From Promethearchaeota archaeon (GTDB lineage Archaea > Asgardarchaeota > Hermodarchaeia > Hermodarchaeales > Hermodarchaeaceae), in assembly GCA_048938385.1 (NCBI GenBank), contig JBHLMG010000001.1, positions 1 through 64,000 on the forward strand: 64,000 bases of DNA, given 5' to 3'. The translations under genes were made by a program, and so were the position numbers. A model generated the notes under the pieces. That model did no database searches, was not told the DNA's origin, and saw nothing but the letters and a program-made list of their open reading frames with translations. Shown in pieces: positions 38,532 to 49,188 of this stretch (position 1 is the first letter of the stretch; each line of letters begins with the position of its first letter).

Positions 38532-40635
38532 CTAAATTAATCCTCTTCGTTTTCGAATGTTAGAGCTAACACTTTGAAGACGGGATTCTGGTAAAATCTG
38601 CCATCGCGCAAACCTCGTTTGCCAATTCGCTCTTCCTGAGGTTTTCGATCGCAGAATATCCGCTAAATCAAACGACTCGCTCACAGGTAGCAAACCATTG
38701 ATCGTTACAAATACCCCCTTGTAATCAACATTCTCAACTTGTCCTCTTTTTGATATTACTACTTGGGTAACATCTTTCAGGTATTCGCTAGAAACAATGA
38801 CCTGTACTTCATAAATTGGTTCAAGAAGCGTCATACCCGCTTTTTCAAAGGCGTTAAAGATAGCATCCTTTACCATCGACATTAATTCGACTCGTCCTCT
38901 TTCTGCTACATTCTCACTTAACGCTAAATCAAGAATTCGAACGGTAGTTAATCCTACAGGTTCAGAACAAAAAGGCCCTCTTTCGAGTGCCCAAATTACT
39001 CCTTCAATAATTGAGTGTTTTGCTGACTCGGTTGCTTCTACATTTGTTGTAACTACCAGTCTGTTTCCTCGTTGATCCTTGTACCACTCGGTTTCTGTGG
39101 TCTGTTGTTGATTGCTCGGGTCTATGGATATGCGTATGTTGTTTTTACCATTCGGACTAGATGTTGGCTTTAGGGCTGATATTTTGTTCAAAGGGATTTC
39201 ACGGTACAAGACAATTGGATCGGAAGCTAAGACATCAACTCCCATTTTTTGAATATCTTTTAGTGTAATCTCCAAGTGTAAAAGACCCAGACCGGATAGA
39301 AGGTTTTCACCTGTTTGTTCGTTAATTGAAAAAGTTAGGTTCGGGTCACCCTTTGTTGTCAGTTCAAGAATGGATAGTAAGCGGGGCAGTTCTCTTGCAT
39401 GTTTCGGTTCGATGGCAATAGTGACGACAGGTTCGGTGATGTAGGTTATTTGTTCAAATGGTACCATACCCTCTGGAGGGTGTTGTCCTGTTATCGTATC
39501 TCCGGCTTGAACTTTTTCGATACCAATAAGACCGCAAATATTTCCTGCAGTTAATTGGGGAATAACCACTTGTCGTGAACCCATGAAAAGGGTAACGCGT
39601 TGAATTTGGTGCAATTCGCTTTCGGGTAGAATTTTAATTTGAGACCCTTTCTTAACGGAACCAGAGAATATGCGTCCGATTGCTATTAACCCATGTTTAG
39701 ATTCAGTGACAATTTTAGTTACTTCGATGATGAGTGGACCATCAGCACGGCATTCTCGGAGGACTGCACTGGCTGGGGATTCTGGGGGTCCTTTCCAAAT
39801 GTGTTGGGTTCGATATGGTTGCGCCTGCTTTGGTGAGGGAAGGCAGTCAATTATCATAGCAAGAATAGGGATGTGAATAGGAAGAAGTTCACTAAGAGAC
39901 TCAAACTGTTTATTTTGGTAATGTGTAATAATGTCTTGAAACCGAATATTGAGCTGTTTCATCTGTGAAACAGTGAAAGCCCATTTGTGGAGAGCTGAGC
40001 CAAAGGTCACCGAAGTGGACTCGGCGGATACAGTCCACTTTAATGGTGGTTCGCTTCCTAAGGCAGTTACAATTAGTTGGTTTACATCACGAATTATTTG
40101 TGTAAATTTTTCTTGAATTTGTGTCGCTGATAGTTTCAATTCGTTGATGAGTCGATCAATTTTGTTAATGAATAAAACTGGTTTTACACGCTCTTTAATA
40201 GCTAATCGAATCACGCTTTCTGTTTGAGCCATGACTCCTTCTACTGCGTCCACCACAACAATAGCTCCATCGATCGCGCGCATAGCTCGCGTAACTTTTC
40301 CACTAAAATCAACATGACCCGGAGTATCTACTAAGTTGACCACATACCGTTTCCCTTGGAATTCATGGAGGAGTGAAATGTTGGCAGATTTAATCGTAAT
40401 TGGGGCGGTCGTAAATCTCTACAGAACCGTTTCCCCTCCGCTGTTCCTCTTCAAGGTAATCTAATGCTCTTGCTTGTCCAACGAGGTTGGATGAAAGCAT
40501 TCCCGCATTAGCAAGGAGGGAGTCAGTGAGCGTCGTTTTGCCATGATCAATGTGTGCAATTATTCCAATGTTACGAATGAGGTCGGGAGTGGTCATTATT
40601 GCCTGTAATTCGTTAATTCGCTGATTCTGCGACAA
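38532..40635 (-). CDS. Elongation factor 2 paralog (aEF-2p), spliced: exon 1 40635-40431, exon 2 40399-38532, 690 aa
   Basis: AHIDHGKT in exon 1; RGITIKS only after intron removal; DTPGHVDF and NKID in exon 2; diphthamide His replaced (AERG). Confidence 0.9.
40400..40430 (-). other. 31-nt BHB-type intron in a protein-coding gene
   Basis: GGGG-AA^A-CGGT...ACCG-CCCC-AA^T; cuts after the 2nd bulge nucleotide restore GGA ATT ACG ATT. Confidence 0.9.
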
Positions 40636-40763
40636 GAGCGAATACTCTCCAACTAGGCTGCGTTTGTTAGGTTTATGGACGGGGTCTTAGTCTTGAACTA
40701 ATTATTGTTATTTCTGATGCTAAATAGTGTGTCGATGTGATTGGTTGTAATTCACAAGAAATG

Positions 40764-42446
40764 TTAGACTAGCTCCAACACCGTTTGGTCAAATACTATC
40801 ATGGTAATTAGAATCACTCCAAGAACCAAGGTTCCTTGTTGGGCGGTTAACGAAAATTCATGAAATCCAAGATCATACCATGCCTCAATGAACCAGATAA
40901 GAGAAGCATAACCTGATGTATTGGTGATTGCTGTACACCATGTCGTATTGGTACTAGACTCGACAAATTGAATATCCACATTGGTTAGTGGTTGGTAATC
41001 TAGCGTAGTAAGTTGTAAAAAATATTCTGTGGTTGTCTGGCGAAGGACTTGGATAGTAGAGTCTAGAATAAATCGTATTTCGTGGGTGTTAGTGATGAAA
41101 AGCTCTGTCTCACCATCTTTGAATTCTGGTCCGCCCTGAAAGACCATTTTAAACTGGAAGTCTTGGTCTCCCACATTCTGGGCTTGCCATAAGAAATGTG
41201 CGATTCCATTCGAATCTAAGGCTGTTTGTGCAAGAAGATTCCACATGGATTGATTGTAAAGGTAGATGGAACAGATTTTGCCCTGAATCGCGATAAGGGA
41301 TTCCTTATCCTTTGCTGATAATGTGAATTCAATGATATCTCCAATGGCTGCTTCCGAACAATTAGATTCAATACTTAAAAGGGCCTCTCGGGTGAATACC
41401 TGAATAGATATTGACATTGTTGTAAAGTTGTGATGGGGAACAGTGGCTTTGATGGTGAGAGTGTAGTTCCCTGGTGTGTTAGGAGCGAATATTTCAGCGG
41501 AAAAATGATTAGGGCTATCATAATTCATTGGTGTTGTTGCATTGTCTAAGGTGCATGACAAATTAGCTTCTTGGAGGGAATGGTTAGTTGTCTGGCAATA
41601 GATAAGTGCTGAAACTTGGATAGAACAATTATTGGTTAAGGGATAGTACGCTTGGACAATAGTCGTGTTGAGCGTAGAAGTTAAGGTCAGGCTTGAATTC
41701 AAGATATCGAAGGAGAAAAAGTGCATCGCAGAACTGTAATCTCCGGTTGAGAGGGCGGTGATGTTACAATCAAAGGTGCCGGTTCCACTTTGTGAGGTAT
41801 CGATTTCTTGCGCGAAAGTTGAAGTTTGAGAGGTATTAAGATCCCATGTTTGAATTATCTGAGTCTCTTGCGAGATAGCGATCCTGAGAGGATGCAATGG
41901 TACTAGAATTGACGCGTTATGGGAATTTTGCAATAAACCTTGGAGTTGAATGAGATCGTGGAAAGTAATCACTGCAGGTAAAGGTGATGTGCTTATGACC
42001 AAATCTCCTCGAAACACTGAAAATTGAAGTTCAGCAGTGTCAATCATCGTCCCGGAGGAGTCTTGAACCCATCCTTGAACTTGTACGACTCCAATTTGCC
42101 CTGTTGAATTGGGTTCCCAATCGGTGGGGGTTATCTCAAACGAAACGGTTTTGTTCACGCTGAGTCCGAGATCTGTAAATTGGTACATCTGTATAGGGAG
42201 GGGATTTCCTTGCACGATGAGGCTAACGCTTATTGACCCTGCACCCAGCGGATCTGAGGACTCGTAGTACATATCGTAAACAAGGGTCACGAATAGAGGT
42301 TCTCCGATTTGATAGGACGGCTGATCTATGTTTACTGCCACGATTTGAACGAAGCACTCTTGGGTTAGCACAGTATTTATGAATGGGCTAGTTAGCGGAA
42401 TAATGAGGATGGAAAGCAGGGAGATTATCAAGAAGTGACGATTCAT
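40764..42446 (-). CDS. Secreted Ig-like repeat surface protein
   Basis: Signal peptide, T/S/N-rich beta modules, many sequons. Confidence 0.7.
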   Translation of the reverse strand: MNRHFLIISLLSILIIPLTSPFINTVLTQECFVQIVAVNIDQPSYQIGEPLFVTLVYDMYYESSDPLGAGSISVSLIVQGNPLPIQMYQFTDLGLSVNKTVSFEITPTDWEPNSTGQIGVVQVQGWVQDSSGTMIDTAELQFSVFRGDLVISTSPLPAVITFHDLIQLQGLLQNSHNASILVPLHPLRIAISQETQIIQTWDLNTSQTSTFAQEIDTSQSGTGTFDCNITALSTGDYSSAMHFFSFDILNSSLTLTSTLNTTIVQAYYPLTNNCSIQVSALIYCQTTNHSLQEANLSCTLDNATTPMNYDSPNHFSAEIFAPNTPGNYTLTIKATVPHHNFTTMSISIQVFTREALLSIESNCSEAAIGDIIEFTLSAKDKESLIAIQGKICSIYLYNQSMWNLLAQTALDSNGIAHFLWQAQNVGDQDFQFKMVFQGGPEFKDGETELFITNTHEIRFILDSTIQVLRQTTTEYFLQLTTLDYQPLTNVDIQFVESSTNTTWCTAITNTSGYASLIWFIEAWYDLGFHEFSLTAQQGTLVLGVILITMIVFDQTVLELV

Positions 42447-42513
42447 TCTGTTGATTTACCTTGAATGAGAAATTAAAACCCCTCAATTAATTGTCATCTT
42501 CTGAGGCATCCAA

Positions 42514-42903
42514 TTAGCCTTTTTGACGCATTGTTATTGTCATTCCCGAACTAACCTGCCCAAACACTTCTTCATAGTCACTAAGAGTGAAGTGTCCTAT
42601 AGGACTAACCTTGCTATACGGCGTCATTTTTTCAAAAAATAAACAAACCGCATCGCCTTGAGGCCAGTAGGCAATATCCCCTTCTTTGCACAACGAAACA
42701 GCCTTCTCTAATCCCATCCGAATTCCAATTTCAAAATAAAACTCCTTCTTCCAAAGGCGTATTCGACTTTGGATGGGCATAACTGAGAGCATTCGCTCAA
42801 CTAAGCGTGGAGAAAGTACGCTTCGAAGTTCTCCCTCAATCACTAGATTCTCAGAAATAACGAATTCTACAGGAGTACGAGTTGTGAATTCCGTTTTTTC
42901 CAC
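42514..42903 (-). CDS. Cyclophilin-like fold protein (DUF369/TM1367-like)
   Basis: GDIAYWPQGDAVCLFF motif; start GTG 42903. Confidence 0.8.
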   Translation of the reverse strand: MEKTEFTTRTPVEFVISENLVIEGELRSVLSPRLVERMLSVMPIQSRIRLWKKEFYFEIGIRMGLEKAVSLCKEGDIAYWPQGDAVCLFFEKMTPYSKVSPIGHFTLSDYEEVFGQVSSGMTITMRQKG

Positions 42904-42916
42904 AGCAGCTCCCTGC

Positions 42917-43219
42917 CTAGCCTGTAGCCTTGGAGTACAATCGGAATTTCCCTTCAGAAGCAACTTGGCGAATTAATCCCTTTGATTCAAGTTCAGTTAA
43001 TACAGCCTTAGCAATGCTTACGCGCACACCATATTTCTGGGCAATAGCGCTCGGTGTTATAACACGCATCGTGGGTATTTCTTTTTCCATCTCTTGCTTT
43101 TGTTCTTCACTAATGATGAGTTCACGCCGAATTGCCTCATGACGACTGGTCTTCGCTTCATCTTGGGGGGACGAATCCCGCGTAGACTGTTTTGATATTG
43201 GCTTGCTTTTCTTAGGCAT
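42917..43219 (-). CDS. rps25e: 30S ribosomal protein eS25
   Basis: VITPSAIAQKYGVRVSIAKAVLTELESKGLI; start ATG 43219. Confidence 0.88.
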   Translation of the reverse strand: MPKKSKPISKQSTRDSSPQDEAKTSRHEAIRRELIISEEQKQEMEKEIPTMRVITPSAIAQKYGVRVSIAKAVLTELESKGLIRQVASEGKFRLYSKATG

Positions 43220-43265
43220 AATACCACAATCTCCTGAAAAAGTGGACTTGTATTTAAAGGATTTT

Positions 43266-44690
43266 CTAAGCAACTGGTGTCAAAAGTTGCTGATCTGTTA
43301 TCACTCGACTTCGGTATTCTGTTAGAACCTCTTCTAGTTCCTGCTTATTCGAAACTACATGAATCCTCATTTCAGAGGCAATCCGAGAGACCGTGTCTTC
43401 TAGAACGCGAATTTGTATAGGATTGGTGATTAAAAAGCCAATGTCACTATGTTCCTCGCTCTTAAGCCCTGTTACCATTCGCTCTACTAGCCAACTTATC
43501 TGTTGTTCCAAATTTTGCGAAATAATGAAAAACAGAAACTTACCAACTTGGGCATCAAACCTCATTGGAACTCCATCAATCAAGATTTGAGCGTCTTTTA
43601 CACAGGGCAATCCAAGAGTCGATGATAACTGAGCTAGAAGGGTTTTCCAAGTCACAGGGTTCGTTCCCTCTTCAAATTGGATGAATTCGGGTTGAGCTAT
43701 GATGGTTTCTTGACTCAATTGAACTGATTTAATTTGGTTGAAAATGAGTTTGGCTGTTGATGAAAAATCTAAGGCTTTCTGTGTGAAAATAACGGGATTA
43801 CGAGAAAGGATATCTCCAAAGAACTGGATCGCCTTACCCGCTGGAATTTTAACAATGTGTTTTGGTTTAATGGAAGAGAGAATGGAGTTAATTGGTTCAT
43901 TAGAAACCACAACCAACGAATCAAAAACTGTAAAATTACTTTCTTCCCGTCTTAATGAAAGAATAACTCTAAGTTGTTGAGAATTAGATTTATGAGCAAA
44001 AATCTTACCTACGCTAATCTCATTCGATGGGCCTATACCCGTGAATACCCTCCGCTCCTTTGTAACATCGCTTTGGATAAACACACCATTTTTTATGCCA
44101 ACACTTACTCGAGTTATGCTCCCTGTCATTCCCAGGGAAAAGTGGGTCATCAGCTCGTCGCCTTTCAAGATGTGGACCATTCGAGGGTTCAGGAGCGTTG
44201 TTAAGTTGGTTGAAACGCTCTCTACAAGCTCTTGTATACGAGTGAGAAAGGATTCCTTATCCAGTTTGATGAAAAAGTTCACAAAACATTCCTCCTGTGA
44301 CACCCATTCAAAACTACAAATTGTGGAGATTGGTATGATTTTGAGAAGAATGGTTAGGGTACGCATTGCAGTTTTGGTTTCGATGATACTTGGTGTTAAT
44401 CTAAAAGCAAAAAACACAGCATTGCGACTTTTCGGGGACTGGAATGCAAGAAGCCCCTCTTCAAAGACCGTTGGGTTGGTCAAATCAAAGAGTTCACTTT
44501 TAACCTCAATTAGTATTGCTCTTACAAGGAAAGCTGATGAGACTATCGAAACTCCTAGCAGGACTAGGTTGCCCCAAGCAGGGTACAATCCCAATATCAG
44601 GAGAAAGAGAAGGAGAACAAGACCGATGCTCAAGTAACTCAGGCCAAGTGAAATAATTTGTTGGTACCTTTTTACGACTGCTACCCTCAT
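43266..44690 (-). CDS. Hypothetical protein with two N-terminal TM helices
   Basis: 474-codon ORF, hydrophobic N-terminus. Confidence 0.6.
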   Translation of the reverse strand: MRVAVVKRYQQIISLGLSYLSIGLVLLLFLLILGLYPAWGNLVLLGVSIVSSAFLVRAILIEVKSELFDLTNPTVFEEGLLAFQSPKSRNAVFFAFRLTPSIIETKTAMRTLTILLKIIPISTICSFEWVSQEECFVNFFIKLDKESFLTRIQELVESVSTNLTTLLNPRMVHILKGDELMTHFSLGMTGSITRVSVGIKNGVFIQSDVTKERRVFTGIGPSNEISVGKIFAHKSNSQQLRVILSLRREESNFTVFDSLVVVSNEPINSILSSIKPKHIVKIPAGKAIQFFGDILSRNPVIFTQKALDFSSTAKLIFNQIKSVQLSQETIIAQPEFIQFEEGTNPVTWKTLLAQLSSTLGLPCVKDAQILIDGVPMRFDAQVGKFLFFIISQNLEQQISWLVERMVTGLKSEEHSDIGFLITNPIQIRVLEDTVSRIASEMRIHVVSNKQELEEVLTEYRSRVITDQQLLTPVA

Positions 44691-44826
44691 CTTTCTCTAA
44701 CAAATTCTTGTTAAAACGGGCTAAAAACTCGTACAAAACACGAACCTGACACTACTTCCAAATTATCACGATATGAGTAAAATTTAAGACACCTTAGGGC
44801 TTTGCCGCTGCTGAAGATCGCTCAAG

Positions 44827-45282
44827 GTGCTTGAATCGATGCCGGTCTTTAGAACTGATTTGTATGTTACACTCAAGGTGTCTGATTTTGATTTAGCTCA
44901 ATCGAGTGATTTGCTCTTTCAAATCTTAAGTAATGTGTCCGATCTTCGAAATGTGAAGATGACAAAAGTACGACACGATAAAGAAGAACAAGGAAAAATT
45001 AAGATTGAAGAATGGTTTGAAATAACCGGTTCAATAAATGTTCCCGAAGGCGGCAAATCATTTTGGGCGATCTCAAAAGAGAGCTCAATAAAAGAACCTT
45101 ATAACTTCTTTATCCGCATCGATAGAAACATTGAGGCTGAAGACTATGAGACTGCCCAGAACCGAGCCCATGATTGGGTTTTAGCCGTATTTATCAAGCC
45201 CTTAGAAGCAAAACTCAATTTTGAGGAAAAGCACCTATCGGCTCCAGACAAACTGAGTAAAATCGCTCAAAAGTTGGGGTGA
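44827..45282 (+). CDS. Hypothetical protein, first gene of the tfr operon
   Basis: ORF abuts tfrA with a 3-nt gap. Confidence 0.6.
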   Translation: MLESMPVFRTDLYVTLKVSDFDLAQSSDLLFQILSNVSDLRNVKMTKVRHDKEEQGKIKIEEWFEITGSINVPEGGKSFWAISKESSIKEPYNFFIRIDRNIEAEDYETAQNRAHDWVLAVFIKPLEAKLNFEEKHLSAPDKLSKIAQKLG

Positions 45283-45285
45283 AAC

Positions 45286-46992
45286 TTGTTGACTTTTGAA
45301 ATAATCGACACAGAGATTCTCATTGTAGGTGCCGGAGGGGCCGGTTGCCGTGCTGCGATTGCTGCTTCAGAATCGAATCTAGATATAACCATTATCACAA
45401 AGGACATTCTTGGTAAAGCTCATACTGTGATGGCAGAGGGAGGAATCAATGCAGCATTAGCTAACCTCGATCCAGATGACACTTGTGAGATACATGCAGG
45501 AGATACTTGTAGAGCTGGAGCCTTTCTTAATAACCAGAATCTAGTTCAAATTCTCGCCGATGAAGCTCTTCCACGCGTTTTAGATCTTGAAAACTTTGGG
45601 GCTTTGTTCTCACGCACGCCAGATGGATTGATAATGCAACGCCCATTTGGTCACCAGACCTATCGACGAACATGCTACGCTGGTGATCGGACCGGTCATG
45701 AAGTTATTGCCACTTTAACTGATGAACTTCGTCGACGAGATGTTCACATTATAGACGAGATCTTTGCGACTTCACTTCTTCGCAACTCCAATCGTGTATC
45801 AGGAGTTTCAGTAATTGACATTCGGACAGGAAAATTCAAAATTTTCCGCGCTCCTGCAGTCGTCATGGCAGCAGGCGGGGCAGGGCGTATTTATGATGTA
45901 ACGACTAACGCGCAAGCAGATGTCGGTAGTGGTTATGCAATGGCATACAAAGCAGGCGTTAAACTGATTGATATGGAACAGTTTCAATTCCATCCAACCG
46001 GTGCAGCAATCCCGCCTGCGGCTCGAGGACGCCTAGTAACAGAAGGAGTACGCGGTGAAGGTGGGATTCTTCTCAATAAGAACGGAGAACGGTTCATGAA
46101 ACAATATAATCCCCGTTCGATGGAGCTTGCGGGTCGTGACGAAGTTGCTCGATCAATAGCCACTGAAATTCGTGAAGGTCGAGGAACAGTTAACGACGCC
46201 GTGTATCTAGATATTTCATTTTTACCTGCCAAAATTATCGAAGAACGGCTACCAACCATGCTAGAAGATTTCTTGGATATTGGGGTAGATATTCGAAAGG
46301 AACCAATGGAGGTCACTCCAACAGCCCACCATGTGATGGGAGGAATCAAAATTGACACTTCCGCCGCTACTACCCTCCCCGGGTTCTTTGCTGCAGGTGA
46401 AGTAGCAGGGGGAGTTCATGGAGGGAACAGACTAGGAGGAAACGCACTGGCGGCAGGTCAAGTATTTGGAAAAATCGCTGGGGATTCTGCCGCGCTATAT
46501 GCTAAATCTACCTCGACACCTAAACTTAATCGAGACGAAATCAACAACGAATATTCTAGGATAACAGCTCCGCTAAAAAGAGAAGCCGGTCTTAGCCCTT
46601 CAGCTGAAATAAAACGACTACAAAGCGCTATGTGGGATAAAGCAGGGCTATTCAGAAATGAACAAGACCTAAATGACGTCTTGCTTTTCATCAAGCAACA
46701 GCAACAACAGGTCATTGACCAGTTGGTCGTTCAGAACAAAGCCATGCGGTATAACACAGAATGGATTAGTGCACTAGAATTGCAGGATATGGGGCTTGTT
46801 GCAGAGATGATTGTTCGTGCGGCTCTCTTACGCAAGGAATCGAGAGGCGCTCACTTTCGAACAGATTATCCCAATCTTGACAATGAGAACTGGTTCTCGA
46901 ACATCGTGATATTTCAGCAAAAGGGAACGATGGTGCTCAAAAACGAAGCCGTTGTTGTCACGAAATGGAATCCCCCATGGACTAGAAAATAG
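45286..46992 (+). CDS. tfrA: Fumarate reductase flavoprotein (thiol:fumarate reductase subunit A type)
   Basis: GAGGAG, AHTVMAEGG, QFHPT, HHVMGG, HGGNRLGGN and ESRGAH motifs. Confidence 0.9.
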   Translation: MLTFEIIDTEILIVGAGGAGCRAAIAASESNLDITIITKDILGKAHTVMAEGGINAALANLDPDDTCEIHAGDTCRAGAFLNNQNLVQILADEALPRVLDLENFGALFSRTPDGLIMQRPFGHQTYRRTCYAGDRTGHEVIATLTDELRRRDVHIIDEIFATSLLRNSNRVSGVSVIDIRTGKFKIFRAPAVVMAAGGAGRIYDVTTNAQADVGSGYAMAYKAGVKLIDMEQFQFHPTGAAIPPAARGRLVTEGVRGEGGILLNKNGERFMKQYNPRSMELAGRDEVARSIATEIREGRGTVNDAVYLDISFLPAKIIEERLPTMLEDFLDIGVDIRKEPMEVTPTAHHVMGGIKIDTSAATTLPGFFAAGEVAGGVHGGNRLGGNALAAGQVFGKIAGDSAALYAKSTSTPKLNRDEINNEYSRITAPLKREAGLSPSAEIKRLQSAMWDKAGLFRNEQDLNDVLLFIKQQQQQVIDQLVVQNKAMRYNTEWISALELQDMGLVAEMIVRAALLRKESRGAHFRTDYPNLDNENWFSNIVIFQQKGTMVLKNEAVVVTKWNPPWTRK

Positions 46993-47009
46993 CGTTTGAG
47001 GCGTATTTC

Positions 47010-48578
47010 ATGGCGAAAGGAAAAACAGTGAGGTATAAAATTCTAAGACATAATCCCGACATCGATGATGAACCGATTTTCGTCACCTATGATGTTCCCT
47101 ATTCTGACCGCCAAGGCGTCCTTGATGCTTTACACCACATTTTTCGGGATTTAGATTCAACCTTAGCCTATAGGTGGAATTGTCGTACTGGGCAATGTGG
47201 GTCATGCGCTATTAGTATTAATGGGGTTCCAGGACTTGCGTGCCGAACTGTAGTAGATCCAACAAAGGAGTACATTCTAGAGCCTTTACCCAATTTTCCT
47301 GTTATTCGTGATTTGGTCGTCGATCTCGGACCTGGGTTTAAGCGTCTTGAAAAACTTCGTCCATATCTTGAGAGAACCTCTGCACCTGATCGTCCCGAAA
47401 AGCTAACACGGGAGGAGGTTTCAGCCGCCATGGAGTTACGCTCTTGCATAGAATGTTTCTCATGCTATGCTGCTTGTCCCGCGGTTGCCTCTGCCAAGCA
47501 AGAATATCCTGGGCCAATCGCCATGAGGGAGCTAGCTAGTTTTGAATTCGATCCGCGTGATCAAGGTGATCGTGTACAATTAGCAGTTAGCAGCGGGTTG
47601 TATGATTGTACTAGCTGTGGAATATGTAAAGAGGTCTGTGTTCCAAAACATATTGACACTCGGCGTACTGCTGTTGAAGGGTTGCGAGCTCTTGCTGTTG
47701 ACCGCAAAATGGGACCCTTGGAAGGGCATCTAGGCTTTATCAAACAGATTGAAGATACGGGGTATGCTGTCGATGTTAAAACTACCCCACTTACTGATCA
47801 ATTACCCGATGTTATAGATGTGGAAAACCCGATCGATGAAGTCTTATTCTTTCCGGGTTGTCTAATCAATCTCCGGATTCAACAAGTGGGAATGAATGTT
47901 ATCGAAGTATTGAAGAAAAATAAGGTTCGTGTGCATATACCCAAAGATTTCGTTTGCTGTACTAGTGTGGCTTTTAGAACAGGGGCCCGAACAGTTGCTT
48001 ATGATATGGTTTTACGGAACACAGATTATTTTCGAAAATTAGGCGTCAATAAGGTTGTTGGTTTATGCCCTGGTTGCATGTCGACCATCAAGCAAGATTG
48101 GCCAGTGGTCTTACATGAAAAAGATAGTCCTCCGTACGACTTTGAACCCTTTGATATCAATGAGTACTTAATTGGAGTGGTAGGGGTTGAACGAATTAAT
48201 CAAAAGGAGCTCAAGCCACTTCCAATCCGAGTTGTATACCATGATCCCTGCCATTTGAATCGCCATCAAGGAATTAGCGAAGAGCCTCGAAAGCTCATCC
48301 AAATGATACCAGGTCTCGAGTTCATAGATATCAAAGACAGCGATCGGTGTTGTGGCGCGGGTGGTGGTGTTCGAGCTGGTCGGCGAGAACTTTCAGAAGA
48401 TATTGCTGGAATAAAATTTGAACTACTTAGCGAGGTAAATCCTGATGTAATAGCAACATCGTGCTCTTTTTGTTACATTCAGCTCCTTGATGCAGTAAAG
48501 AAGGCTGGTTCACAAATCAAAGTAATGAATATCACAGATTTACTGGCAATGTCATATCGTGGTGAGGCTCTCAAATAA
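47010..48578 (+). CDS. tfrB: Fe-S plus CCG-domain subunit of thiol:fumarate reductase
   Basis: CRTGQCGSC, two 4Fe-4S motifs, HDPCH and CCGAGGG (HdrD-like). Confidence 0.88.
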   Translation: MAKGKTVRYKILRHNPDIDDEPIFVTYDVPYSDRQGVLDALHHIFRDLDSTLAYRWNCRTGQCGSCAISINGVPGLACRTVVDPTKEYILEPLPNFPVIRDLVVDLGPGFKRLEKLRPYLERTSAPDRPEKLTREEVSAAMELRSCIECFSCYAACPAVASAKQEYPGPIAMRELASFEFDPRDQGDRVQLAVSSGLYDCTSCGICKEVCVPKHIDTRRTAVEGLRALAVDRKMGPLEGHLGFIKQIEDTGYAVDVKTTPLTDQLPDVIDVENPIDEVLFFPGCLINLRIQQVGMNVIEVLKKNKVRVHIPKDFVCCTSVAFRTGARTVAYDMVLRNTDYFRKLGVNKVVGLCPGCMSTIKQDWPVVLHEKDSPPYDFEPFDINEYLIGVVGVERINQKELKPLPIRVVYHDPCHLNRHQGISEEPRKLIQMIPGLEFIDIKDSDRCCGAGGGVRAGRRELSEDIAGIKFELLSEVNPDVIATSCSFCYIQLLDAVKKAGSQIKVMNITDLLAMSYRGEALK

Positions 48579-48587
48579 GTGATTTGA

Positions 48588-49187
48588 TTACACCCCGGCA
48601 GTTTTGTAAACAGTTTTTCTATTCTTTTCCACCTGTTCTCTAATTTGTTCGAAGAGATTTTCACCAGTCGCATCAATTGCGACGATCAAAGGTCCGAACC
48701 GTTCAACTTCCATAATCCAAAGAGCTTCTGGCATTCCGAGATCCAACCAAGCTACATCTCGGATACGCCGAACAGCCTTGGCTGCCAAGACAGCTGCACC
48801 TCCGGTGAAGGCACCATAAATCGCTCCGATCTTCCTCATTGCTGCAGCTGTTTTTGCCCCCATTCCTCCCTTACCAATAATAACTCGAACTTGAAATGCC
48901 TCAATAAACTTGTCTTCAAACATTTCCATGCGAGTACTTGTTGTCGGACCCGCTGCTACTAATTCCCATTCTCCATCATGTTTCCTTACAATTGGTCCAC
49001 AATGAAACAGGGCTAAACCATCGGGTTGAATTGGCAATGGTTTGTTTAATTCATACCATTCGAGGGCCCGTTCGTGTGCTTCATCACGAGCCGTAAAGAT
49101 GGTTCCAGAGATGTAAACGATATCATTAACACGAAGCTTTCGAATTGTCTTTTCTGAGATAGGAGTAGTCAACTCGTATGTTGCCAT
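48588..49187 (-). CDS. Class I fumarate hydratase beta subunit
   Basis: TARDEAH, GPTTSTRM and IGKGG motifs. Confidence 0.92.
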   Translation of the reverse strand: MATYELTTPISEKTIRKLRVNDIVYISGTIFTARDEAHERALEWYELNKPLPIQPDGLALFHCGPIVRKHDGEWELVAAGPTTSTRMEMFEDKFIEAFQVRVIIGKGGMGAKTAAAMRKIGAIYGAFTGGAAVLAAKAVRRIRDVAWLDLGMPEALWIMEVERFGPLIVAIDATGENLFEQIREQVEKNRKTVYKTAGV

Positions 49188-49188
49188 T

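Noticed and set aside
38532-40635. EF-2 paralog as a frameshifted pseudogene or sequencing error
   Set aside because: The lesion is a 31-nt insertion with a complete BHB whose rule-based excision restores the motif exactly, and the rest of the gene has no other lesion.
44041-44637. 198-aa plus-strand ORF and other antisense ORFs in the track
   Set aside because: Shadow ORFs opposite longer or motif-bearing genes.
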